From Octopus vulgaris (taxonomy: Eukaryota): a stretch of DNA of 64,000 nucleotides. Below the pieces are notes generated by a model. It was not told the DNA's origin. It did not search any database and saw only the letters and a program-made list of their open reading frames with translations. Position numbers and translations under genes: made by a program. Of the stretch, positions 1 to 13,519 are shown in pieces (the stretch's first letter is position 1; each line of letters opens with the position of its first letter). The stretch is taken from assembly GCA_951406725.2 (NCBI GenBank), contig OX597826.1, positions 7,502,001 through 7,566,000 on the forward strand, given 5' to 3'.

Positions 1-1617
1 AATCTTCCAAGGTGACTCGTTTGCTCTGTGACTATTTGTAATTGCACTAATACCCATAACAATGACACTTAGGAAATTTAAGATGGGTTACAGATGTGGG
101 AAGAAGGGTCCATCGTTGAACCATCTTTTGTTTAGGGATGACCTGAAATTGTTTGGGAAATCTGAAAAACAGATAGATTCCTTAACCAAACAGTCCAGAA
201 GTGTGGTAGAGGCATCTACATGGAATTTGGGATTACCAAATGCTCAGTACTTAATATGAAAACAGGGGAGAAAGCAGCCTACAGAGGATTGCGGTTACCA
301 TCAGGAGACACTGTGGGTGAACCCGACGGTAGTGGGTATAGATATTTAGGGATTTTGGAGCTGGATGACATTCTACACAAAGAAATGAAAGTCAAGGTCA
401 GCGAGGCGTTTCAAAAAAGTGTGAAGATGATTGTGAAATCCAACCTGAACGCCAAAAATTTGATTACCACAATGAATATCTGGGCAGTTGCGGTGAACAG
501 ATATAGTGCGTCCATCTTGAAATGGACTAAGGAGGAAATATCAACACTGGATAGACGGCCAAGAAAGTTGATGACGCTGCATGGGGAGCTACACTCTAAA
601 GCAAACATAAAGAGTCTGTATATGAAAAGAAAGAATGGCAGCAGAGAACTAATTAGTATAGACCATTGTATAAGGTGTGAAAGGAGAACGCTTGCCGTGT
701 ATTTGAGAAATAGTGATGAAGACTTGCTGCAATATGCCGCGAAAGATATGAGTGTAAATGCAGATGAAATGTTGAACAAGGTAGAGTTTAACCAAAGAGT
801 TGAGGAGAAGAGAAAAGAAGACCTTCTTGAAATGAGAATGCATTGACAATTTGAAAGGAATACACGGGACGTTAAGGATAATACAGCATCGTGGGCATGG
901 CTTGAGCGAGGTGATTTGAAGCGCACCAGCGAAAGCCTGATCATTGCTGCACAAGACTAGGCTCTCGCTACCAATTCAGTGAAGTATAGCATCTATAAAA
1001 CTTCTGACACCCAGAAATGCAGACACTGTGAAATCAGTGTGGAAAATGCGACCCACATTGATAAGTGGATGTGAGAGCCTTGCACAAAAAGAATACAAGT
1101 GCCGCCACGATAAAGTGCGTGTGTATCTTCATTGGCTCTTATGCCATAAATGCTAATAGGAAGTAACAAGAAACCGGTATGAACAAGTACCAAGTAAAGT
1201 TATGCAGGATAATGGGAAAATAACGATACACTGGGACTATGGTTTTCAGATGGATCGTGTAATCAAACACCGTCGGCCGGATATTGCCATATGTAACAAG
1301 CGAGACAGATACTGTCAGATAATTGATGTAGCCATACCAAATGACATGAATGCTGTGAGTAAAGAGGTTGACAAAATCACCAAGTACTTCGAACTGGAAG
1401 TGGAAATGGCAAGACTGTATGGAATGCGAGAGGGTAATGTAAAAGTGATACCAGTGATACAACTGGAAATCCCATGCAAGATTGATGTCTTACAAAAAGC
1501 AGCCTTATTGGACGCAGCGAACATCTTAAGGAAAGTATTATCTAGTTGAGGTCCTTGTTGTGACTTGACAGATGACTAAAGACTCCGGTGTATTTTTACT
1601 TACACTGTGTTGCCAAG
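1..1617 (+). mobile_element. Decayed non-LTR retrotransposon, R4/Dong-like (family A): RT C-terminal half, zinc knuckle, restriction-like endonuclease, 3' UTR; runs off the window's left edge
   Basis: Translations give IFQGDS and HLLFRDDLKLF (RT motifs), MEFGITKC, YRYLG, CRHC...H (knuckle) and WDYGFQMDRVIKHRRPDI...IIDVAIPND...KEVDKITKY (PD-(D/E)xK RLE). Frameshifts and stops are present. An (AAC/AAT)n tail follows. Confidence 0.92.
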
Positions 1618-1681
1618 GAATAATGATAACAACGATAACAACAACAACAACAACAACAACAACAATAATAATAATAATGAT
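1618..1681. repeat. (AAC)n/(AAT)n microsatellite at the 3' end of the LINE
   Basis: Direct reading. Confidence 0.95.
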
Positions 1682-1756
1682 ACAGTACCAGATATTGGCT
1701 TTCATTGCTTCTGATCTTAACTGATTGGAAGTGTTATGTACATTGTTTTGTACATA

Positions 1757-2248
1757 AGATGGCATAGGCACACACCAGAAAAGGTCACAGAAAACGAGAA
1801 AGCAACCATACAGTGGGATATGCCGATACACACAGATAGAGAAATTAAGGCCAACAGACCAGATATAGTTTGTCAGAGATCCTGAAGAAAAAAAATGCTT
1901 TCTAATTGATGTATCAATACCGGCAGAAGACAACGTGTCTCTAAAAGAAATGGAGAAACTTTCAAAATACAAAGACCTGGAAATAGAGGTAACCAGAATG
2001 TGGAATCTAAAAATAGAAACAATCCCTATCATAGTAGGTGCATTAGGCATGATAAAAAATATTCAGACAAATACATAACAAAACACCAGGACTTACAAAT
2101 ACATATAACATACAGAAAATTGCACTACTAGGCACTGCACTTTCCATACAATAACCATCAGAGCATCACAACAAATCACAGCACATACTCAAGGCACACA
2201 GAGCTGCGCTCGGTAGTGAAGTGAAAGCACGCTATAAAAATAGAACTA

Positions 2249-2251
<3 letters not shown>
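1757..2251 (+). mobile_element. 5'-truncated R4/Dong-like LINE (family B): RLE domain plus 3' UTR
   Basis: Encodes HTPEKVTENEKATIQWDMPIHTDREIKANRPDI...LIDVSIPAEDNVSLKEMEKLSKYKDL. Near-identical to the copies at 32311-33590 and 33711-34743. Followed by (AAT)n at 2252-2313. Confidence 0.93.
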
Positions 2252-2314
<63 letters not shown>

Positions 2315-3039
2315 TGAGCATGAAAGCGGACGAAATCTTGCTTAGCAACTCGCCCGGCGAATTCGATGATTCTGTCAAATCAATAACAACAGCAACATCA
2401 TCAATGACATAAGTAAAAAGAACTTCGCCAGCAACATTAGCATCAGCAACAACACCAATGATGCCAACGACAATAACAGGAAGGGAATGAGTATAAGCGT
2501 AAGAGAATTGGCACTCAATTGCAGTCGGGAGTCTGGAGTGAGCAAAGAGAGAATCCTTCAGAGTAGGTTCGAACAGGAGATACGCGTTTCAGTGAAGGAC
2601 ATTAAGCTTTTCAATATCGTGATCCTAATCTCGATGTAAGAGGAGCAATTGAAACCAATAACAAAGGAAATATTGATTTCTGACATAGGCACAATGGCAT
2701 ATATTTTTGTTGTTGTTGTTGTTGTGCTGGTGCTGCTGCTGGTGTTGTTGTTGCTGCTGGTGCTGGTGGGAAGGGTGTAGGAATAATCGATTAAATCGAC
2801 ACCAGTACTTGACTCGTTCTTACAATATCGATCTTCAAATCATGTAAGGTACACTTGACCTCGGCTGGAATAGAAATAAATGCAAAACAAAAACAAAATA
2901 GAGATACAAGCAAAACGAAATAAAAATAAGTGTATTTTATTTTGGTTGGTGCTATCCGGATTCTGGTAAATATCATTCCGAAATAATATCGATATTAATT
3001 AACATTTTCTTTTGTTTTAACAAATTTCCATGATATACT

Positions 3040-3296
3040 GGCGCAGGATAAGTTTGCTGGCAAACCACATGTGTGTCATTGTGTAGCACCTCAGCCAGCT
3101 GACTTCTATTATAGTCTCGGGTCGACCAAATGCTTGTGAGTAGAGATACTAGAAGGAAACTGAAAGAATCCTGTCGTATATATGTATAATTATATATATA
3201 TATATATATATATATAAATATGTATATATATGTTTATATATATGTATATATATATATTTATATATATATATATAAATATGTATATATACGTTTATA

Positions 3297-3365
<69 letters not shown>

Positions 3366-3473
3366 GTATACATATATATATAGAAATATATATATATATG
3401 TATAAACATATATATATATACATATACATATATATATATGTATGTATGTATCTACATGTATATGTATATATAT

Positions 3474-3506
<33 letters not shown>

Positions 3507-3802
3507 CATGTATATATATGTATATATATATGTATACATATATATATATGTGTGTATACATATATATATACATATACATATAAATATATACGTGCGTATG
3601 TCTTTGTGTCTGTGTTTGCCACCCACCACCGCTTCACAACCGGTGTTGGTGCGTTTATGCCGCCGTAATCTAGCAGTTCGGCAAAAGTTACCGATAGAAT
3701 GAGTATCAGGCATCAAAAAATATTAATCGAGTCGATTCGTTCGATTTAAATTCTTGAAGGCGGTGCCCCAGCATAGGCTACCAGAAACAATATAGGATAA
3801 AA
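3040..3802 (+). mobile_element. tRNA-derived SINE family 1 (CORE-like), degenerate, with a greatly expanded internal (TA)n/(TATG)n tract
   Basis: 5' part (GGGTCGACCAAATGCTTGTGAG...GAAACTGAAAGAA) and 3' part (CAGTTCGGCAAAA...AAGGCGGTGCCCCAGCAT) match other family 1 copies. They are separated by about 415 bp of microsatellite. Confidence 0.8.
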
Positions 3803-3974
3803 GTTTAAAGATATGTTTTCTCTTTTACTAGTTCTAGCCTTTGGACTGCGGTCATGTTGGTGCATTTTGTCTGTTTTGATTTGAACGGATTGCCTTCAGT
3901 GTAATACATATTCTAGCAGCTTCCTTGCGCAACCACTGTGGGGACGTAAACAAACCGTATATATATATGTATGG

Positions 3975-5485
3975 GCCAAATATCAACTACATAAAAAACA
4001 AAAAATCAATTAGATGAAATTAACCAAATTTCTGTAGAAACTGGAATGAAAAGTAGTGCGTCCAAACGTGCATTTTGGACAATAGTACGTGGAGAAGTTG
4101 TGCCCTTTTCTAAACACTTAGAAATGAAAGGCTTGACAATAGAGCTTCAACAGTCAGGTGACAATTATTGGTATCTTGGATAAGATGAGAATGTCATATA
4201 TAACTTATGAATAAGAAAAAGACCAGGAATGACTACCCCAGGAGAGTAAAAGAGAACATAGTTATTAGAACTCTCAGCTTAAAACAAGAATAATGCGCAC
4301 AACACCTTTGCAGTAAATGTCCGCACGCCATATTTTGGCCTTGTGAACTGGTCGATGCAAGAACTCAATGAGATGGATGTTGAACCTCAGAGCAACTTCG
4401 AGTTACAGATTACTTTAGCATCAAAGTTGATGTGGAGACGCTATGCTTCCCAGCAAGGATGTTGATCACAGTTACAAATTTGTATTGATGTCATATGAAG
4501 TACGCTGTATTGTGACAATGAAACATCTTCATCAGAAGAAAAAGACATCTAACTATCTTGCCTGAATGTTTGTTAATGAAATCAACAACATAATTAGGAT
4601 AGCTAATGAACTTGAGGAGGTCTATGAAATAAGAGATGATAAGGATCTATCTCCAAGGAACGTTGATAAAATCTACTTATCAAGACAACAAAATAATAAA
4701 AATGGACTATTTCATTGAGAAGATAGTACCAGTGTATTTGGCTCAAAAAAGACAAGCCATATAAGTTATTGATCATGTCAAAAGTTTAGCATGGAGAACC
4801 GACACTCTTATGATATCCTATTTCGAAGGTTACCTCCATATAATATAGAGAGACGCACAAAGTACCTACAACATTAAAAGCAGAAATCGTTGACAGACAA
4901 AAAATGTAGGTTGTGCTAGAGTAAGACAAAAGGCATCGGTCACATTTTTACCAACTGCGCGAGTATGTCTTCCAAATATTATTTCCCCATGAGCTATGAT
5001 GCCGTGGAAGAGGATGACAAGAGAGAAAGTCTGGAAGAGGATGACAAGAAAGCATGCACCTGCTGACGAAATCGATTATGTTGAGATCGATAACTGAAAA
5101 GAATATTGGTGTGACTTAGAAATATAAAATAGCCACCAATTTAAAACACAACCGTCGAGATATAGTCGTGTGGGACGCCAAGGAAAAGATATGTTCTGCA
5201 GCGGCAATCACCTGCCCTCTTGATACGAATGTGGTCAGAAAAATACAAGAGAAAAAAGAAATCTATGGACTATTAATAAACAGTTTGGAAATCCAGACCC
5301 AAAATACACTTTTAGCTTCATAACTATTATTTTTGGAGTGACAGGATATATATATCAACCCGTCTGAAGCACAGTATTGCTGAACTTGGGTTTTTAGGGA
5401 GAGGACGTTAATCCTTGATTCTTATACTACAGATGATTACGATATCTAGGACAATAAAAATCAGCAAGACCTTCTTAAGATGAAA
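3975..5485 (+). mobile_element. Heavily decayed RLE-type non-LTR retrotransposon (fifth, more distant family)
   Basis: Remnants NYWYLG*DEN, then IATNLKHNRRDIVVWDAKEKICS..ITCPLDTNVVRKIQEKKEIY (RLE-like), ending in ...TIKISKTF. Many stops. Confidence 0.7.
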
Positions 5486-5660
5486 AGGATGATGAACAAA
5501 ACGAAACACTTTCCTTCAGAGCTTTGCTTCCACGTAGATGGCCAGTCAAAATTTATTCTAAAGTAAAAAGTGACAACAACGTGCATGCAAGCATGCATAC
5601 GTACATGCATGCATGCGTGTACATATATACATGCAAGTGTGCATACATTCATGCGTGCAA

Positions 5661-5726
<66 letters not shown>

Positions 5727-6208
5727 GTATGTATATAAAGTTACTTACATCAGGAGGCTATCACAGGAACTGTACAAATTTGTCAAATTTTCCAGAGTTT
5801 TACCATTTATGCAACCGTATGTCTAGACATGCATCTATATGCACGTGAATACATACATAAAACAAAACATAAAATTCTGCACATGCATCTAACTCCAACT
5901 ACTAAACATATACGTACATATATGCAAAAATACCCAGTTGATGTTGGTGAAATTCCAATAAAGAGTGCTTGGGTCTCGGTTACAAACTGGCTTTTTCTCT
6001 ATTGGTGAAAAATCTTGAAATAGAATTGAATAATGACATACGTACACACACATATACACACACATAAACGCACGCGCACACAAACGCACGCATACACACA
6101 CACATACACACACAAACTCACACACTCACACACACTGTTTGCTTTCTGATACTTGATTTAAATGCTTTATCTTTTGCTGCTAATAACTTCATAGATATTT
6201 TCTCGTAT

Positions 6209-6346
6209 TAAGGCGGCGAGCTGGCAGAAACGTTAGCACGCCGGGCGAAATGCTTAGAGGTATTTCGTCTGCCGTTACGTTCTGAGTTCGAATTCCGCCG
6301 AGGTCGACTTTGCCTTTCATCCTTTCGGGGTCAATTAAATAAGTAC
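6209..6346 (+). mobile_element. 3'-truncated Meta-domain SINE (family 2) between long direct repeats
   Basis: tRNA-like head (GGCGGCGAGCTGGCAG...GTTCGAATTCC) plus GCCTTTCATCCTTTCGGGGTC...TAAGTAC Meta-like core. Confidence 0.85.
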
Positions 6347-8984
6347 AAACGCACGCATACACACACACACACACACACTGTTTGCTTTCTGATACTTGAT
6401 TTAAATGCTTTATCTTTTGCTGCTAATAACTTCATAGATATCTTCTCGTATGTCAATTTTTTATTATTCCCTCCGCATCTTAAATATAAATTCTGATATC
6501 GATTGAAGGGTCAAAATTTGGTGATGAGAACAGCTGATTATATTAATCCGAGTTCTTGTCTAGTTCTTCATTTACTCCATTACAGTAGTATAAATTAAGA
6601 GGATGTTGGTTTCAGCAGAATTTGAAATCACACCCTCAAGAACCGTAACATCATTTCTGCTTCACACGATACTGGTTCAGCTCATATGCCAACTTTTCGT
6701 TCATTAATAATTTCACAAATATGGATAAAGATTAAAATAATCCCAGTTAAATGTTTCCGTTGGTTTACGTTATTAATCATTAATTTATTGTGTATTACTC
6801 GCAAAATAAAATAAACGTTGAATTCTTTGGTTCGATTTAAATTTGAATAAATGTGGCAACACGTCTAGGGTGCCTTCAATCTCCATCTACACTTTTAAAC
6901 CGATTTCCGCCAGCCTCCTCTTCCTTAAAAATATAATTATCACATTCTAAAAAAATATATCCGTTTTCGTACGTTCACTAATAAGCCGGTGTCATAGTAT
7001 TTAATAAATCTTCGAGATTGAATGGATTGAAGATTTTTCGGTAATTATGAACCTTAATATGTTTAGAAGAGGTTATATAGCAATGTATTTCCTCTATTTC
7101 ATAGTTGTTGTTTAATTAATAGAAGAGAAATGTCAATCACAAAAAACAAACAAAAAGAAAAACAAGCATGGCTACAGATGCTTTTGGTGAGGTTCATATC
7201 CTCGAGATAATGAGATTTATTTTCATAAGGCACTGTTGCTGTATATTTCTAGAAATAGCAAAGGAAAAATGTAATGTTCATCACTCTTCCAAAGCCAGAA
7301 TCGGAAACAGGTGGGAGACTGAAGTGTTCTTTGTGATCCTAATACCTTTTATATATTTTAAAAATTTAATGCATTTGCGGGCCATTGAGCAATTGTTAGA
7401 TTTTTGACAGTCTTTAGAATAACGATTTAAGTTTTGTTTAATTTTTTTGCTTTTCCAGTGATGGAAATGAAAGGCGATATTTTTATATGTAAAATATAAC
7501 ATACATATGAACGAATGACAAATTCAAAAATATCAAATCGGGCCTTTACAAAAATAAGTTCGTGATCCCAGCTCTAACGCAATTTTATTGCCAAAATTAC
7601 GTAAAATGACCTTTTTCTGGAAGTGTAACATTCGTTATTCGAGCTAAAATATATTTATTCTCTATATTTACGTAATAATTTTCATGCAAATATAATGCTT
7701 GTTTTTTTCTGAATAAGTTGTTCAGCAAAGCATGCTTAAAGGAGTGATCATTTAGTTGCCCAATACAGATTTTTTGTTAAAGAGTGGCTTTAACACACAG
7801 TTCATAAAATCCAACACAGAATGTGTTTTGAAGAATAAATATTTTTGAATATTTTAACAAATTTATCTTCAATTTTAATAGTCCACACCAGCATATGTTT
7901 CCAATCGTGTAATGTAAATACGGTTTAGAAATTGTTTAAAATTTAATAAACTGCACCTTTTCAAAATAATTCCGTAGGCATTAACGAGGAAAAAAATAAT
8001 AAAAGATTACAACCGAAAAGAATCATATCTTATTTTCTCCGTTTGCTGAATAAGACATTATCATATTAAAAATAAATGTGTTAAATGCTTTGTGATATAC
8101 GTTGCAAAGACATTAAATAATCTTTTTGGTTTGTTATTTGACTTTTAATCTAATAATAAAATGAAAGGACAAAAAATGATAATGTTAAGAAGACAATTAC
8201 TTGATTTGAATTTCAAAGTGTAAGCCCACATGCTTAACTCGATTTCTACCCCTTTCCTTTTATTAATACATTCCTCATGCTACGAAGATATCGAGTTATC
8301 TGACCATTTTGGCATGACATTCACCACATTAAAAGACAGTGAAAAGAAAATTAAACGGTACAGAACAATTGAACATTTTTTCTCAACATCATTTACATTG
8401 TCATCAGATTGTCAACACAGCTTTACATATGCAAATGAGTGTACATAATCATATTGTAGCAAAATTATGGAGAAAATAAAACAAAACTAATAACGAAAAA
8501 ATTATTAATTCAAAACATTAATATATGCAAAGAATTTAATAGGAATTTACGATATTAAATCCCACAACTACGACAGGTCCCGTATAATATTAGTAGGTTC
8601 ACAAGAAAATACTGGACGAAGTATCTTCAATGGAAAGGGGTAAATGAACTGCTGTGGCACTCAAGCCTTTGCAATGAAATTCCATACGTAACAGAAAGAG
8701 AGAGCGAGAGACAGAGAGAGAGAGACAGGCAGACAAACAGACAGACAGGCAGAGATTTCATTCAAGCGCAATTAGATGTAGACACAATTAGCCAGTCTCA
8801 AACCTACTACCTAGGTTTCATTTCACCAGATCATATTGTGATATTATACATTTCATAAACGGTTACCAGAAAAGCATTAAGACTGATGTCTTTTCTGTGA
8901 CGTAAGAGCGGAACATAAGTCAATGTCCTCAACTGAGAAGTGAAACAGCAGCTTAAACTGAGCCCAGTGTGTATTTGCAACATT

Positions 8985-9371
8985 GCATGGAAGCACTCCG
9001 TCGGTTACGACGACGAGGGTTCCGGTTGATCCGAATCAACGGAACAGCCTGCTCGTGAAATTAACGTGCAAGTGGCTGAGCACTCCACAGACACGTGTAC
9101 CCTTAACGTAGTTCTCGGGGATATTCAGCGTGACACAGAGAGTGACAAGGCCGGCCCTTTGAAATACAGGTACAACAGAAACAGGAAGTAAGAGTGAGAG
9201 AAAGTTGTGGTGAAAGAGTACAGCAGGGATCACCTCCATCCCTGCCGGGGCCTCGTGGAGCTTTAGGTGTTTTCACTCAATAAACACTCACAACGCCCGG
9301 TCTGGGAATCGAAACCGCGATCCTATGACCGCGAGTCCGCTGCCCTAACCACTGGGCCATTGCGCCTCCAC
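8985..9371 (-). mobile_element. tRNA-derived SINE family 3, full length, 12-bp TSD
   Basis: The minus strand begins GGAGGCGCAATGGCCCAGTGGTTAGGGCAGCGGACTCGCGG...GGTTTCGATTCCC (A/B boxes). TSD ATTTGCAACATT at 8973-8984 and 9372-9383. Closely matching copy at 53037-53416. Confidence 0.9.
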
Positions 9372-10003
9372 ATTTGCAACATTACACATTCAGACACCCA
9401 ATAAATGATATAAAGCCAACAGCCCTCCGCAGGGACACGAATATGATTTACGGTTGATCTTATAAACCATAAAAATGTCATTTGTGTGATCATCAACAAA
9501 TTCGGTTATTCCTGAGGAGAGGAATAAATGCTGTCTTTTCCTGCTTTTCCTATTTCCTTACTCTTGTTGAAAAAAGATCGTTAGCAGTTTTCTCGTATTT
9601 CAGATGTTGCCCTTTATTTCAGAAGAAATATAATGTAAATCTACGAAATTATACTATTTACAAAAACATCAGTCATGTGATTGGGTGCAATGAGGTAAAA
9701 TACTTCCAAGAATAAGTGGATAAATTGTCTCAGCAGGTGATACTCCTACGATTAGTATACAGAAAATACTGTAATCTATCATATGCAGAAAAAAAGAAAA
9801 CAAGAAACAACTTCATTTCTAGTGGAGTAGATATATATTTAGAACGAATGATATTGAAATATCTATGATGTTCTATTAATAATTGATGAATGAGGCGATT
9901 TTCTTTAATAAATCTGAGAAATGATAAGGGCAAGCGTTTCAGTACTTTTGAAAAACTTCGCATTTAATTCAAGATACTTAGAACTGATACAGTCTGCCTG
10001 CAA

Positions 10004-10073
<70 letters not shown>

Positions 10074-10075
10074 CA

Positions 10076-10286
10076 CTTTACTCTTTTACTTGTTTCAGTC
10101 ATTTGACTGTGGCCATGCTGAGTCACCGCCTTTAGTCGAGCAAATCGACCCCAGGACTTATTCTTTGTAAGCCTAGTACTTATTCTATCGGTCTCTTTTG
10201 CCGAACCGCTAAGTTACGGGGATGTAAATACACCAGCATCGGTTGTCAAGCGATGTTGGGGGGGGGGGACAAACACAGACACACAA

Positions 10287-10321
<35 letters not shown>

Positions 10322-10493
10322 CATATATACGACGGGCGTCTTTCAGTTTCCGTCTACCAAATTCACTCACAAGGTTTTGGTCGGCCCGAGGCTATAGTAG
10401 AAGACACTTGTCCAAGGTGCCACGCAGTGGGACTGAACCCGGAACCATGTGGTTCGTAAGCAAGCTACTTACCATACAGCCACTCCTACGCCT
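10076..10493 (-). mobile_element. SINE family 1, full length
   Basis: Head GGCGTAGGAGTGGCTGTATGGTAAG...GGTTCAGTCCC, CORE-like CCTTGGACAAGTGTCTT, internal (TA)n(TG)n, and a GTAAAAGA-repeat tail. Confidence 0.9.
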
Positions 10494-10539
10494 ATATATA
10501 TATATATACATTCATACACACACATATACATACATACAT

Positions 10540-10589
<50 letters not shown>

Positions 10590-11067
10590 CATATAACATG
10601 TATGTACTTGTGTGTATGTGAAAGGAAATTAGATGACTAAAGAATAAAAAATTATCATATGAAATTCATTATCTTACATCTAATTTCCGTTATAAGATGT
10701 GGTGGAGTCGTAGTTGAGTACCTGAGTACCACATTATAGCTTTATCATGGTATCAGAACTGAAAAAGTATGAGGCACTCAACTATGAGTCTTATGCACCT
10801 TATAGCAGAAACAGTTGCAAGCTAATGTAGTGCATAAAATAATCGTTCTGAAGCATGGTATATTGAAGATCTACACCAGGTTATTAGTTGTTCAATGCTT
10901 AAGTGAAATATATATACACATACTTACATACGTACCCACATATATACATGCATGCATACATACATGCATACACATATACATGTGCGTGTGTAAATTTGTG
11001 ATGTTCCTATGTGTGTGCATGTATATATTTGTAAATGCGTGTATGTGTATGTATACACCTACATACA

Positions 11068-11118
<51 letters not shown>

Positions 11119-11169
11119 TTTGATAGGTTTCGGCCATTATTGGCCCAGGCCATGTCTAACTTAATAGCA

Positions 11170-11223
<54 letters not shown>

Positions 11224-11628
11224 GTATATAGGTATACAAGAACATACAAACGCCTACGCATTCCGAAAAACTTTACAAATATGAAAAAATATATATATAT
11301 GTGCACTTATTGTCGGGTTACTTGTGTTATTTATAGGTATCATATAACCCAGTAATACCTACTGCATATTGATGTCGACAACTTAACTAGCATCCAACGA
11401 AGCCTGTTTGGTAAAGGGGAAGATTTTTCACATCTTGCAGAATACAAAAACTAGCACCTCTGAAAGGGCAGGTAAATTCAATGATCATCTTACTAAAATA
11501 TATACCTATAAATTTATTTTTGTATGCTTGCTGCTACCCGTTCTTTTCATTCAAATGAATTATGGAAAAAATATATAATCTCCGTATCAACAATGAGAGC
11601 AGCTAGTGCAGGTGACAACCTACAATCT

Positions 11629-12171
11629 TATTTCTTTCCTGCCCACAAGGGGCTACACACAGAGGGGACAATCAAGGACAGACAAACGGATTAAGTCGAT
11701 TATATCGACCGCAGTGCGTAACTGGTACTTATTTAATCGACCCAGAAAGAATAAAAGGCAAAAGTGACCTCGGCTGAATTTGAACACAGAGCGTAGCGGC
11801 AGACGAAATACCTATTTCTTTACTACTCACAAGGGGCTACACACAGAGAGGACAAACAAGGACAGACAAACGGATTAAGTCGATTACATCGACCCCAGTG
11901 CGTAACTGGTACTTATTTAATCGACCCCGAAAGAATAAAAGGCAAAAGTGACCTCGGCTGAATTTGAACACAGAACGTAGCGGCAGACGAAATACCTATT
12001 TCTTTATTGCCCACAAGGGGCTAAACACAGAGAGGACAAACAAGGAGAGACAAACGGATTAAGTCGATTATATCGACCCCAGTGCGTAACTGGTACTTAT
12101 TTAATCGACCCCGAAAGGATGAAAGGCAAAGTCGACCTCGGCAGAATTTGAACTCAGAGCGTAGAGGCAGA
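11629..12171 (-). repeat. Tandem array of three 184-bp units derived from Meta-domain SINE
   Basis: TATTTCTTT...CAC unit starts at 11629, 11813 and 11997. Confidence 0.92.
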
Positions 12172-13082
12172 ATTTGCGTAGGTATCGCCATGACAACTTT
12201 CTGTCATGGTTAATGCGACGATCACACGCTACACACCTTCCTATCAAGCACTCCACACCTTCCTAACAGCAGAAGTGAGCTAGAATGTTAAAACTTAGTG
12301 TGCATGCACAGCAGAGTTCAAGGTCAATCTGTGCCAAGCGGCTTCACTCTGTCTGCTGTATCTTCGTTACTACGGCAACAGACTGGATGCTTATTGACCA
12401 GACCTCGTATTCTGTAAGAAAGAGAGGTTAACATTTATGCTACGGTGGTTATTTCTCAGTTAACAATACAACTTGGGTTAGTTTAGCATCTCTGTCCAGA
12501 GAGTAATTCCGTGTGGTTGGTAGTTGACAGACGCTTGACAAGGGGTCGAGTATTCTTGCTATTCATAAGGTCTTCAACAAATCTGTGACAAAGAACGTCA
12601 CATACATCGTTCCAGGAAGACGACGTGAGAGTGTATGTAAGCAAGAGCAGTTGTGACATTTTATTCCCCGCCCCCAAATGACTCGATTCCTCGTAGAAGT
12701 GCTGCGCCGCGTAGTCCGCGATGGCTGTAATTCATAACTGATAGGAGAAGCTTCCTAAAGCCTCTGACAGTAGCACATTTATTGAGGCAATGAAATACTG
12801 ATAACTTTATAGCTTCAAGCGTGGTGGTGAACTAGTACATGCTGAAGTAGTTGTAACCTAATGGTCCCTTGAAGAGATATGCACGCAGTTGGAGTGCCGC
12901 ATACTTGAAGTGTTTGGTACCATTAATCATCAGCGGACGAACACAATAGTTTTAGTTATCTTTTGTTTTCTTCTTATTCTGTCTGACTTGTCTTCCTTAT
13001 TTCCTTCCTTTCATCTTTCTTTCTTTCTTTCTTTCTGTCTTTCTTTCTTTCGTTCTTTCTTTCTTCTTTCTTATTTTATTTC

Positions 13083-13291
13083 TTTTCCACTCTAGGCACA
13101 AGGCCCGAAATTTTGGGGAGAGGGCCAGTCGATTACATCGACCCTAGTCCGCAACTGGTTCTTAATTTAAAACCCCAAATGGATGAAAGGCAAAGTCGAC
13201 CTGTGCGGAATTTGAACTCAGAAGGTAAAGACACACGAAATACCGCTAAGCATTTCGCCCAGCGTGCTAACGTTTCTGCCAGCTCGCCACC
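13083..13291 (-). mobile_element. Meta-domain SINE monomer (tail type B)
   Basis: Matches family 2 head and core; tail GGGCCTTGTGCCTAGAGTGGAAAAGA. Confidence 0.85.
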
Positions 13292-13519
13292 TTTCCTTTC
13301 TTATTTATTAGCTGGCTGTTGGGATACCATCGTCACTTCTGATGAATAATCAACTGATCACATACATACACATAAAAAATTTACACATACAAACATACAT
13401 ATATGCATACATACGTAATAATATGTATATATTTTGAAATATGTATGTGTGTGTGTGTGTTTGTGCGGTGTACACATTCTCGTACAATACGTTGTATATA
13501 CACATGCATGCATATATAT

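Noticed and set aside
3149-3716. Many long ORFs rich in YI/IY, CV, HT, poly-I, poly-L or poly-N (here and throughout the window)
   Set aside because: They are translations of (TA)n, (TG)n, (CATA)n and (AAT)n microsatellites.
9290-9371. tRNA-like sequences (also at 52049, 53340 and 63947)
   Set aside because: They are SINE heads joined to SINE bodies, two with clear TSDs; no complete cloverleaf was established.
12180-12900. Possible gag/LTR-element remnant
   Set aside because: Only a vague W.D...L..RF resemblance; no LTRs, PBS or pol motifs seen.
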